Assembly: GCA_051362555.1 (NCBI GenBank)
Contig: CM120641.1
Span: 32,556,401-32,620,400 of the forward strand
Direction: 5' to 3'
DNA from: Lingula anatina
Taxonomy: Eukaryota > Animalia > Brachiopoda
DNA length: 64,000 nt
This document shows positions 52,901 through 64,000 of this stretch, in pieces. How positions within the stretch are numbered: position 1 is the first letter of the stretch; every line of letters begins with the position of its first letter. The notes under the pieces are model-generated. The model saw only the letters and a list, made by a program, of their open reading frames with translations, was not told where the DNA came from and ran no database searches. Position numbers and translations under genes: made by a program.

Positions 52901-54220
52901 AAATATGGACAAACATGGAAAAACACAAAATGAGTCAGTTTCGATACATGGCTCATGCACTGGTTTTTGCCCGTCACGTCGCTTTTTACCGATGTGATGA
53001 CTGGTTTCCTCCTGCCCACCCAACTGTAAAGTACTAAAGCATGTAATGGAGCCCTCTTCAGTTCATTTGCAGACAGGGTGCTGCGACTGCTACATCGCCA
53101 TAATGCACGACTCAAACCTTCGCAGCCTGGACAGCAAAAAAAAAAAAAAAATAATAATAATAATAATAATAAAATTTAAAAAAAATACGCCCGTTATCTC
53201 TGGCACTAATATTCTTCAGTCGGGTACTTTATGGTTGCTTTTGGCCATCACCAGACTTCAGCACATTCTATATACAGCCTGACGGTAAACATGTTTGACT
53301 GCAAACTGGGGGACACTATCCTCCGAGAAACATCTTCTGGAGTTGTTGGTCTGTGACATCCTGTGCCTTCACTATGACAGCAATTTGACAGCCAGAAGGA
53401 CGTCACACTTTACAGTGCACATGAAAAAAACCCCTCGTCACCTGTTATGCACGACAGATAAGTCGCAAAAGGTTTTTTGCAGGCTGTGCTTATGTGATCC
53501 TATATACATGTACATATGCATGTAAATACAGTATATGTCGCTCCTTGTAGAGACACATAAAGTGCCAACGGAGTCAAGAATTGGTGTGTAATTAAGTTAT
53601 TTATCAATATGACAATACTACTAGGTTGATTTTGGATCTCCTTGTGTTGGAATACGGTTGAGGCTGTGTCTTATTTCTTGCAGATTAAATGCTAGGTGTA
53701 ATTTCCTTCGTTCAATTGCTGTAGAGGTTTACATTAGGTTGTCAAGGATATGTAGTGCTGTGATTATTAGGCAGTAAAATATTGCCTCTAAAGAGACATT
53801 TTCTTTCACGCCATAAAGCTTAGTTATATTTGTAGGAATACATGTGTGAGTGTAAAAGAAAGGGTTCAGAATGCGTTCATTAAAAGTGATAAGCCAAATG
53901 ATAGACCTTTTATCCATGTCTATCTCAAAATGCATGTATTTAATATTTTTTTCAAGATTTCAAGCACAACACTAGCTGTCTATATGTATTTTGAGATGAT
54001 ATTTCTATCCTTAAGGATCTTTTATTTGACGCCCATTGTAGGCCTAGTTTTTTTCTATAAGATCGATTCCTTAAAACTGCATCACTTATTCCAGTCATCT
54101 TCTCAGATTTCCCAGTCAAACATCTATAATTGGCAGATTAACTGTCATTTGCAATGCAGTTCACTTTACCCTGGACGTAACCTACACCTGGTTATGATCA
54201 ACGTGACCATTGCCGTCTAA

Positions 54221-54703
54221 GGGTGCTTTCCCGGAGATTTGGATCGATCTAGAGATTAAGATTTAGATAGACCTAACTCCCTGGGGTTCACGCTAAATTG
54301 CAGTCAGCCGAGCGGGCACCATAGTTCATTACCCGCTTACAGCTTTTAGTAGGCGGGACAGACGCTTAAGCCGGCCAAGCTGACAGTAATCTAGTGAGAC
54401 ACCCCACAGGGATAAATCGATCTAAAAATCTATGGAAATGGGGTGTAAGACTGGGTTCCCATCCCTAGATCGATCTAACAGGATCGGTCCATCTCCACGG
54501 GGTCTCTCGCTAAATTGCTTTTAGCTCAAGTGGCTTAGATGTCTGGGACGCCTACTTAAGCTGCTAAACGAAAGTTAATTACTCCCTATGAGCTTCAGTA
54601 GGCGTGACAGACATCTAAGCCTCCCAAGTTAATTGCAAATAAGCAAGACTCCCCTTGGAGAGTTCGATCCAAAGATAGTACAATAGGGTCTGGGAATGGT
54701 CTC
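54221..54703. mobile_element. Two adjacent copies of the palindromic MITE family
   Basis: 54221-54445 aligns with the 34181 copy and 54448-54703 with the 12154 copy. They are joined at a shared TAA. Confidence 0.7.
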
Positions 54704-55933
54704 TAAAAACAACCATTTTGATTTTTAGCATCATTAATCATAATTAGCTATATATCCAGTGTGATATAAACAGGTCTGTCTCTGTAATGTTATCGACTCC
54801 TACTTTATTCCATCCATCTATCCAACAGAGTGAGATATCATGCGTTCACGTGCACAAAACGATCATTTGACCTTATTAGTTGTTATTTTTTGTTGATAGA
54901 ATTATGTTGAATTTTGGCCCTAGTTTGGCAACATGGAAAAAACCTGTGTGCTACCCCCAAGATCCAGCATCACTACACACATTAAGATACAAAATTTCTG
55001 TTTAGCAGAAGTACTGTCTTAAATTGCCGTTTAAACATATTCTTTTCTTGAACTTCACTTCCTACTTAAAGGCCGTACATGTATATTTAAAACTGAACGA
55101 CTTGCCTCAATAGCAAACACTACAAAAATCTGTTATAAAATATCCCAGAGAAAGCCCCAATTACTTAATTTAGACAAAGCATTAACTTCTCATCAGATCA
55201 TTGCAAATTATATCAGAAATGCATTAAAAGTGATTTGAAGAATATGTGAAGACAAGCTTCGATTGGCACTCAAAATTGTTATCAGAAAATGTACATGAAG
55301 TATGCAAAGGTAATATGAAAGACGTGCAATATGTTAATGAAGCGACATTGTACCAGAGATTCGAATGTGAGCCATGAGGATCTTTCAAACAACTATTTTC
55401 AGCTTTCTTTTAAAATATCTAATTGGATTTTGTTGGAATAGTGAAGATCAATAGTAACGGGGTATTAAAATGGAAAAACTCGAACACTTTGATTGTGAAA
55501 TATTTTATTGTTTTCCAAAATTTTACTTTTCATAAAGAGTTTTTTTCCAAATTCAAATGTTATCGCTCTGCTCATCCAGTGGCAGTGATTTATTTTGTGC
55601 ACTTTTTTGCGAATTTAAACTTCATGGGTTAATTTGTTTTTGTAATAGAATTTTGCTGCTTATGACCAATACAACTCGATCTATAACACTTCTAAATATA
55701 TCTGTTACCTGCTGATAAGTCAATCAAAAGATTTTTGGGTTAACATTTAAAATATCAGCCACTTCAGTTTCACGAAAGAAAAATTCACTGATCAACACAC
55801 ACATACACGCTGACGCGCAGTCCATATTTAAATGTGTGCGAAAGAAAGAAAAAGAGAGACAAAACAAAAGGATACCAAGGGGGATTAATATAGTAAATAT
55901 GCATTGACTGGATAGAGACTGCAGCAGTCTTAA

Positions 55934-58900
55934 AGAAGGTCATTTTCCGAGGTACTTCAGAGCGCATAATAATGCCGGTGTGACAGGTATGGTAGTCCGC
56001 TAGGAGCCATAGACCATTCCCCATTACTTTGTACAGGTGACATTCGTCACACATACTAGCCCCAATGCTCCGACTAAACATAACTTGTACTAATTATATA
56101 CGACTACCTTTCCAGTCATACCGATTTGTACTTGTATCTTTGTATTGTATGAAACAGGGTATTATTTTATTAAAAACTATGCCGTCAAAATTTTTACTTG
56201 CCAGAGGTTAAGTTATGAAATAGTGTTTGATGCAATTTTGTCAAGTTTTAATGACTAGGTCCAAAAAACTTGTATTTTAAGTATGCTGCGTTCTTCTATC
56301 CATACGATGTATGTAGACATCCTGCTTTGACTAACAAAAAAGTGATCTTATTTGCAAAAATACAAATACGTCGTAAAATTACCAACGTAACTAAAATTTT
56401 AACTGAATGATATTTTTCAACCAAAAAATACCACCAAAATTGTGATAAAAATCGATAAGGGGTTATGCAAACCTCTCATATACAAAGGGGGACATTGTTC
56501 TCGTTACTTATTTTCTGTAACGTTTTAAACATTAAGTGTTGTTGCCTATATCAAACCGAGAAAGAAGTAGTTTTCGGTGTAATTACGCCCGAGGAATCAG
56601 AACTCCATTGGTCTCAGAAAGATTACCGTAGTACTTGAGATTTGCTTGCCAGGAATCGTTCTTTTCTGCTTTTACAATTTGATATAAGCAACACTATTCA
56701 GTTTACAGCCTGCCTTTTCTCTCCCACGATAAAACCAACAAAAATGGCGGGCTATTAGCAGCATATTCAGCCTATGCCGATTTAATTACTCCAGAAAAGC
56801 TTCTGACTTGTAGTATCAATATCGTTGATGGCAATATCAACCGATATCGATACTTCGATTTAGGATCAAATGCACAAAGCCTTTGCCATAACCAAGGAGT
56901 TATAACAGAAGGAGATTACACGCGTGGGGGCGGAGCCCGTATTACGGTCTCTCATTGGTCGGAATGAATAGAACCCAGAGAACAATGGATGCCTATCTCT
57001 GTTACGCTTAATTGCTACTCTCGTTTAAATCTCGTTTGTTAGTATCTGTGCCTTCGTCTGTTGATTTTTGAGGACAGAAACAGAAACGGAGTCCCAAGTT
57101 TCTAAAAAATGAGAGAAATACAGAATTTATATGATATTACGTTGGACAAGGTTTTCAAAAAACAGGTAAGTGCTTTTAAATGCATAACTACACGAAATAT
57201 GAAGATAAATTGCAACTTTTATGTCGTAGGGTCTCACTGTGTAAGTGTCCAGCTTCACGTTGATCTCGCGAGGTGGTGTGTGGAGAATAAATATTGCACG
57301 AAAAATATTTCCCACTCATAACAAGTGCCTATAAATATAGTATCAGATGAAGAAAGTTTGGTCTTTATACAGTTGCAATTGTTAAGTAATTTGTGGGAAT
57401 AGCAAAGAATAAAACTTAGGTGCACTTTCAGTAGCCGAATAACAAGCAGATGCTTAAGCCGCCATCTTGTTAATATTTCGAAAAAAAAATTACTCCAAAA
57501 GACATTTTCCTCCTACTTTTTGAAACTTGTGTCACATGACAGTCATAAAATTTAACTAATTGTTATGTGTGCAACACACTTGCTTGAGCAGTATTGTTTT
57601 TTTTTTGCGATTTTACATGTGGTCTAGCTTGGATACGACAATTGACAATTTTCATGAGTTCCGATCAAAAAGTGTTACGCTTGTTATGGCCAAAAGCCTT
57701 ACCGCTTTTTGTACTTTTCAAATGCAAGATTATAAAAAAATTTGGAGTGTTTAGATTCTTGAACATCTTGGTCGTGGCGTGGTATATATTGCATGGATAC
57801 TGCTCCAATATTTCTTGAAAAAAATAACCCGATTTGTTCAGAATACCAATTTTTTACTCTAGTGTTATGGGTAAATGTACCATTTTGGCCTTTACCTTTT
57901 TCATGTCTAAATCTAAAAAGACTTATCATGACAGTTGGTCATCATTTTTCTTCTCACCATGGTGGGTGGCTTTGGAGTGGTAACTTTGTTGTTAAAGTAA
58001 AGTGCTCAGTTTTTTTGACTGGAAAATTTTGCCTCCACCCAGCATTTTCCATCATGGCGGTCTAACAGGAAGTTAGACTTCACAGTGTCTTTGGTATAGT
58101 TATTTTTAACTTATTTAGTCTTCTTTTTACATATATATGTTTTAATTCATATTAAACCTTTGAAAAAGAACACACATGAATCCTGGTGCTTCTTAATTTA
58201 AAGTCTTAAGGTTTTAAGTTCACCTAGGCTCCACCAATTACTTTACCTGTTATCTCACTACACATCTCTCTTTGAGTCGAGGTGTGTAAGACACACTTTA
58301 TTGTGTAAGACACCTCTATAATTAAGGGGTACTTGCTTCTCTACTTAAATTATACTTCACTACTTTGGCATGTTAGGTGGCAAGCTTGGATGTTTCAGTT
58401 CATTTTAAGAAAGAAGCTTTGCCTTGGTGGTTACAAAAGAATAGAACTCTATTAAGGTTTATTCATTACTTGAAATTAAATATTTCATCTTGTAGTGTTG
58501 AAACAGAAATTCTCTCAAAATTGATAATGAATTTGACATGCATATCTTAACACTACTCAAGTTTTTTTTTCTATTATAGATATGGGAGAAGGCTGCATTG
58601 AATATATGAATTATGGTCAGGCTGGAAAAAATTAAAATATGTCAATGAAAAAAGGAGGTCAGTGTGTCTGGGGTAAGTTACTTTTGTCATAATGCCTAAG
58701 ATGCATTAAACATTCACTAACAACAGTACCCTATTTAATTTTTTTTTTCAAAATACAACAACCTTGGGCATTTTCCTTTTAGCAACCAGCCTCTCTGAAA
58801 TCCCCTTTTTGTCCTGTCAGAAGAGTAGGGACCAGGGCAGATTTAAATAATTTCTTGTAATAAGTACAATTTCTTTCAATTTCTTGGGGTTATTAGCTTG

Positions 58901-61729
58901 TGATCATGAATCTTGATGTTCTATATGAATTTAGTTGTAAATTGTTCATTTATGTGGTGAACATTATTTCAGTCAAGTCATAACAAGACGCATTAAACTT
59001 CACTGCATAATTCCATAATGTCTACATGGATACTAGTAGTTCATAATGCTATTATTATGTTTTTTTTTTCTAACCTACAGGTTTCTCTCTTTTCTGAGTG
59101 GCATGGCATTAGCAAGGCAGAAGAAAAGGCCCTGAAGAAATTCTCACTTGAGTTGTCCTTTTTGGAGAAGAAACTGGATAAGACTGGCCAACAGAGATTG
59201 CATTAAATTAATAGTGCTCCTTTATGACATTTTAAATTATTTTCAGTCACCTAACTGACTCTATACATTGCAAAAGTGGACATAAATTTTATGTTACTGT
59301 TACATGGAAAAAAATTCAAAACCTATATATAAATTGTTGATTGCCAGTGAAATTTCTGTTTCAGTGAAATTTCTTTAAAGCAGTCACTTACTGCTTACTT
59401 ACCAGTTAATTTTTTCAGCTGTTACATTTTATAAATGTTCTTACTAAGTGTTGTCTTGATCTATAATAACCTTTTGAAAATCCCATGTTTTTCATCCTAT
59501 TTGTAAGAATTAACCACTTTATCTTCTAGGATTTTTTTTTCATTCGGCCCATTAGATTCTCAGACCTTGCTGGCCTGTAAGTGGAATAGTATCTGGCACA
59601 GACTGGTATCAGCAAGTCAGATAAAAAAGAATATAATTATTTCTATTTGCACGGTTGAAAAAAATGCCATCATAGACTGCATAAAACTGGAAAACTGTAG
59701 CAACTTAATCATTCTTATGACTTCATTTATTACTGCTTATGTGTAAAATTTTTGTTTTTGTTCTTCTATTGATATAATAAAATGGTTTTACTCACAGATG
59801 CTACTTTCATGAGTATAGAGTGCTTGAGTATAGAGTTGACTTAAAAGATATTTTAAGTTAATATAGTAAATAATAGTTTGAAATTCAATATACTCATCTT
59901 TATTTGTTTCACTTTAAAGAGCTCAGTGAATACTAAAATTTCTGATATATTTTGTACATAAATATATTTCTGAATGAATAAAAATTATTCTTAAAGCAAT
60001 AATAACTCTTCGTTTCGGCCAAAAAATGAATTTTCCTGGAGTAAACAACAATTTTCCCATGCTTACCAATAGTTAATGAATCCATTTTTACATTCAAAGT
60101 TAGTCCCTGGTTTTTTTCTAAAAAGTTGGGTTTTTTGTTAAAATCTCTTAAGAGATTTTAACAGAGTATAGATGCATTATAATATGCATTATAATATTAA
60201 AATTATACCGAGTGAGAGAAAAAATACTTAAAGAAATTTAAAACCAGACACAAAGCGTAGGCACTGTCACAATGTATATGTTTATGGGACCCAAGGGCAG
60301 GAGGGTCCAAACGTTAATGTATTAATATTATGTCCTTTGGCAGTGAGGACAGACGTTCACTTGAACGTCATTTTCACAAACCACAGTTGGGACGTTTTCT
60401 TTTGACTTCTCCTTGGTGATTTTTCACCGGGTTGTGCCATAAAAAAGCCATCTATCACCGACTAAAAAAAGCTCATGGCGACCATCCTCAGTCACCACCT
60501 TATAATCGCTTTCTATGATATCGTTCCCTTCCAGCACATCGTCCAAATAATTACCTGTGAAAAAAATCGTCAGCATACAGCGGCGCTTTGACATTACTGA
60601 TCTCGAATTCTAACGCGAAATAACGCATATGAAATTTATCTCCAAGCTGAGGAGAGCGACGCAGACGAAACCTTGAGACCGGAGGCCCCCCGTAGCTAGC
60701 TCCGCCCACCGTAACAGACATCGGACAATAGAAAGGCTTGCGTGTAATCTCCTTCTGTTATAACTCCTTGGTTATGGCAAAGGCTTTGTGCATTTGATCC
60801 TAAATCGAAGTATCGATATCGGTTGATATTGCCATCAACGATATTGATACTACAAGTCAGAAGCTTTTCTGGAGTAATTAAATCGGCATAGGCTGAATAT
60901 GCTGCTAATAGCCCGCCATTTTTGTTGGTTTTATCGTGGGAGAGAAAAGGCAGGCTGTAAACTGAATAGTGTTGCTTATATCAAATTGTAAAAGCAGAAA
61001 AGAACGATTCCTGGCAAGCAAATCTCAAGTACTACGGTAATCTTTCTGAGACCAATGGAGTTCTGATTCCTCGGGCGTAATTACACCGAAAACTACTTCT
61101 TTCTCGGTTTGATATAGGCAACAACACTTAATGTTTAAAACGTTACAGAAAATAAGTAACGAGAACAATGTCCCCCTTTGTATATGAGAGGTTTGCATAA
61201 CCCCTTATCGATTTTTATCACAATTTTGGTGGTATTTTTTGGTTGAAAAATATCATTCAGTTAAAATTTTAGTTACGTTGGTAATTTTACGACGTATTTG
61301 TATTTTTGCAAATAAGATCACTTTTTTGTTAGTCAAAGCAGGATGTCTACATACATCGTATGGATAGAAGAACGCAGCATACTTAAAATACAAGTTTTTT
61401 GGACCTAGTCATTAAAACTTGACAAAATTGCATCAAACACTATTTCATAACTTAACCTCTGGCAAGTAAAAATTTTGACGGCATAGTTTTTAATAAAATA
61501 ATACCCTGTTTCATACAATACAAAGATACAAGTACAAATCGGTATGACTGGAAAGGTAGTCGTATATAATTAGTACAAGTTAGGTTTAGTCGGAGCATTG
61601 GGGCTAGTATGTGTGACGAATGTCACCTGTACAAAGTAATGGGGAATGGTCTATGGCTCCTAGCGGACTACCATACCTGTCACACCGGCATTATTATGCG
61701 CTCTGAAGTACCTCGGAAAATGACCTTCT
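55934..61729. mobile_element. Young 5.8-kb Kolobok-like DNA transposon with 990-bp TIRs, non-autonomous
   Basis: 55934-56923 is the reverse complement of 60740-61729; I noticed one mismatch (56080/61583). TTAA at 55930-55933 and 61730-61733, AG...CT termini, and no long ORF in the 3.8-kb interior. Confidence 0.88.
59995..60172 (-). mobile_element. Partial copy of the 43906-44256 Kolobok-like MITE
   Basis: Reverse complement of the 3' half of 43906-44256 (tacattcaaagttagtccctg, gagtaaacaaca), preceded by TTAA. Confidence 0.7.
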
Positions 61730-63348
61730 TTAACCGACATCATTTCCTTGTTGTCCCACGTGAACGGGACGTGACTTCCGCCACACAGCATGGTACGCTG
61801 CTGCTATTGTATACATATGAGTCTCTGAAAACCATCCTTTTAGGCAATATGTCCGATCAATCATCTCGTGTATTCATTGCCATGGTGTCTGAAAAACGAA
61901 TTTTCATCAGTATTTGTAGCAGTAGATGGGTATTCTACTTAAGTGCCCCACGATAAATATAACATGATATTTATCATGCAAGTCGACTGCATGTTGGTCT
62001 TCATAACATTGATGAATTGCATCAACTTCTGATCTTTGGGTGTACATAAAATATGATATGCTTTCAAGCCGTTCTAGATCTCAAACGGACAGGTAATTTT
62101 AAATAGTAACATCTTCCTTTTTATACATAATATGTTTGGATACATGCTTCAGAATGTCATGTTTATGACAATCCAATAGTGACCATCACAAACATAAGAT
62201 TCGGCTTTATCTGCATATAACGGCCAGCGTAATCTGCCAAAGCTGCAAAATATCCGAAATTTAAGTACTTCCCAATTTTACACATTTTCTATATACATCT
62301 TTTTCTAACGTCTCTAATAAACTTAATAAGTGCTTACGGCCTTAATCAACATTGTAGCTTTGGTGCAAAACTAATCAGGCTGACTATATATAACATATAG
62401 AATCTATCTACCACAAAAATAGCACAATAATGTGTAGAAAGCAAACCGCCGGGAGAGTGGAATAAGTGTATACAGTAATTAGATATAGACGTTAACACTG
62501 TATTGATGTAATGTGAACTAGCCTGCAGTCACCCAGTAGTCCCACGTGTCACGAAAAACTTGTTAAATATCATGATTGTAAGTGTTGGTCCATCACCCTG
62601 AATTTCAGCGACTATTTTGTACTTCGAAGCACCCCCAAACCACCATTACCCATAGTTGTAGAGAGCGAACAAGGACGCCATTCAAAGAAGTTCTCAGTAG
62701 ACTCTGTTATTCAGGGTGTGGTTCATTTGCCATAGAATTATTGCTTGCTCTTATGAATTCCAAACATAGAATTGATCTACTTTCTGTGAAGGAAACTCTG
62801 AGGCTTTCCTTCTGGTAATCTATACAGCGTAGGTTGACTTAAAGTAGGCGGGATTATACACCGCGCAGTATTGAAAAGCAATTTAATAATGATCCCGATT
62901 GTTTCGATATATTTTTTATATAATAACGCAACAAAAAGCCGTGGGTCTGACTAAAAAACATTTACCCCGGTCCTATTGTAATCAGAGGACTCGCGCTAAT
63001 GCATACTCCCACGAAGGTATACTATTTAAAATATGACTTATTGTCCCTCAGATCAGTAAGGCGGCTGGTAATCTTGGGAAGTCTATAGCTGTCAGAATTC
63101 ACAGGTATGTGGCAGTAGGTACATCCAGTCTTATGCATGCATGATTCGAATAACCTGTTTACACAAATAGGCGTTCTCGTGTTGCTCAGGGAAGAAAACG
63201 GGTGCACCAAGTCTAACGATCAATAAGTAGAGTGGGCACATATTGCGCTGCTCCTCTAAGGGGTCATCTCCTTATTCCTTCTTGTTATGAGGTTCTGTGT
63301 CTGAAATAAACAGACTTGAAATAAATTACAAAGAATCTAGGAAAGGGG

Positions 63349-63785
63349 TTATTACCTCTGTCAAGGAGGTTATATATTTGGTCCCGTTTGTCTATCCGTT
63401 TGTCTGTTTTTCTGTCCATTCGTCTGTCCCTTTGTCTGTTTTCCTGTCCGTTTGTCTGTTTTCCTTTCTGTTCGTCTGTCAGCCAGTTTGTCCGTCCGTT
63501 TGTTTGTGTGTCAGTTTCTCTGTTCGCATGTCCGTTTGTCTTTCAGTTTGTCTGTCTGTCCGTTAGCAACATTATGCAAATGTTCATGTAGTAAACGGAT
63601 TTTGATAAAATTTTCAGAAACTGTCAAGTAAGAAACGATTAAATTTTGGTGAATAAAAAAAAATAATCAATCAATTTTGTAACTAAAAAAGGGAATTGAA
63701 CTTATCGGTTAGTTAATTAATAAATAACTGAAAAAGATAATGATTGACCTGCCTTGGCGGAGGTCTGAAATTGACGAGAGTGAAC
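63349..63785 (+). mobile_element. DINE-1/Helentron-like non-autonomous element with internal GTCT/GTCC microsatellite
   Basis: ttattacctctgtcaagg start, degenerate (GTYY)n tract at 63381-63563, and inverted subterminal ccttggcggaggt at 63752-63764. Confidence 0.65.
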
Positions 63786-63857
63786 ATAACGCTATCTTTA
63801 CATCCTGTATCAATCATGTATCCAAACTGATGTAAAACTCGTCATACAAGAACGTTC

Positions 63858-63998
63858 TTATTTAGATTTACTGGGTATTTCTTGCATACGTTTCTTATCT
63901 GTTGTCTTCTTCATTGCATCTTGGTTTGCCTTGTTGCCATTGACTTGTTTACTTTCTTTTTGAGCTTTCACTTTGGTGTCTGATCCCCCTTCCTCCGC
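63858..63998 (-). CDS. Probable terminal coding exon (partial) of a minus-strand gene extending beyond the window
   Basis: Open frame AEEGGSDTKVKAQKESKQVNGNKANQDAMKKTTDKKRMQEIPSKSK-stop runs off the window edge and has a purine-rich, coding-like composition. Confidence 0.45.
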   Translation of the reverse strand, partial: AEEGGSDTKVKAQKESKQVNGNKANQDAMKKTTDKKRMQEIPSKSK

Positions 63999-64000
63999 TT

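Noticed and set aside
58580-58672. Two in-frame TGA codons as possible selenocysteines
   Set aside because: No recognisable selenoprotein motif and no SECIS identified by eye. Decay or non-coding status is simpler.
60646-60690. CTGAGGA...GAAA hammerhead-like core
   Set aside because: Stem II does not pair convincingly and there is no properly placed UH cleavage site.
55930-61733. piggyBac assignment for the TTAA-flanked element
   Set aside because: The termini are AG...CT (RR..YY), not the CC...GG typical of piggyBac, and no transposase is present.
55785-61956. Twin ORFs MCDECHLYKVMGNGLWLLADYHTCH (55785-56081 minus, 61609-61956 plus)
   Set aside because: They are identical only because they lie in the two arms of the inverted repeat. 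They run out through the TTAA into unrelated flanks and show no domain signature.
63297-63591. Hydrophobic Val/Cys/Leu/Ser-rich ORFs
   Set aside because: Translations of the GTCT/GTCC microsatellite within a DINE-like repeat.

Overview
AT-rich, intron-containing animal DNA. The repeat landscape and frequent TACATGTA suggest a marine invertebrate, probably a mollusc or other lophotrochozoan; this is inference. Genes were built by hand from GT-AG sites and exon phase. (1) Three tandem + strand SMPDL3-type acid-sphingomyelinase-like phosphodiesterase paralogs (1931-5698 5'-partial, 8887-14601, 19159-22563). All keep the metal ligands but have diverged: copy 2 lost a 13-aa loop, and copy 3 lost a Cys pair and its GPI-type tail through a point nonsense change. 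(2) A 14-coding-exon synphilin-1-like ankyrin/coiled-coil gene (28098-38560, about 1437 aa). (3) A 9-exon minus-strand secreted protein (40364-48100, 382 aa). Its helical core resembles vertebrate secretogranin III as I recall that sequence, and CRE motifs lie upstream. (4) A probable last exon of a minus-strand gene at the right edge. Mobile DNA includes a young 5.8-kb TTAA-flanked Kolobok-like element with 990-bp near-perfect terminal inverted repeats and a non-transposase interior (55934-61729). There are also Penelope and Tc1/mariner relics, a tRNA-derived SINE, a DINE/Helentron-like element and many MITEs. No database searches were run, so all family calls rest on motifs and recalled sequences.
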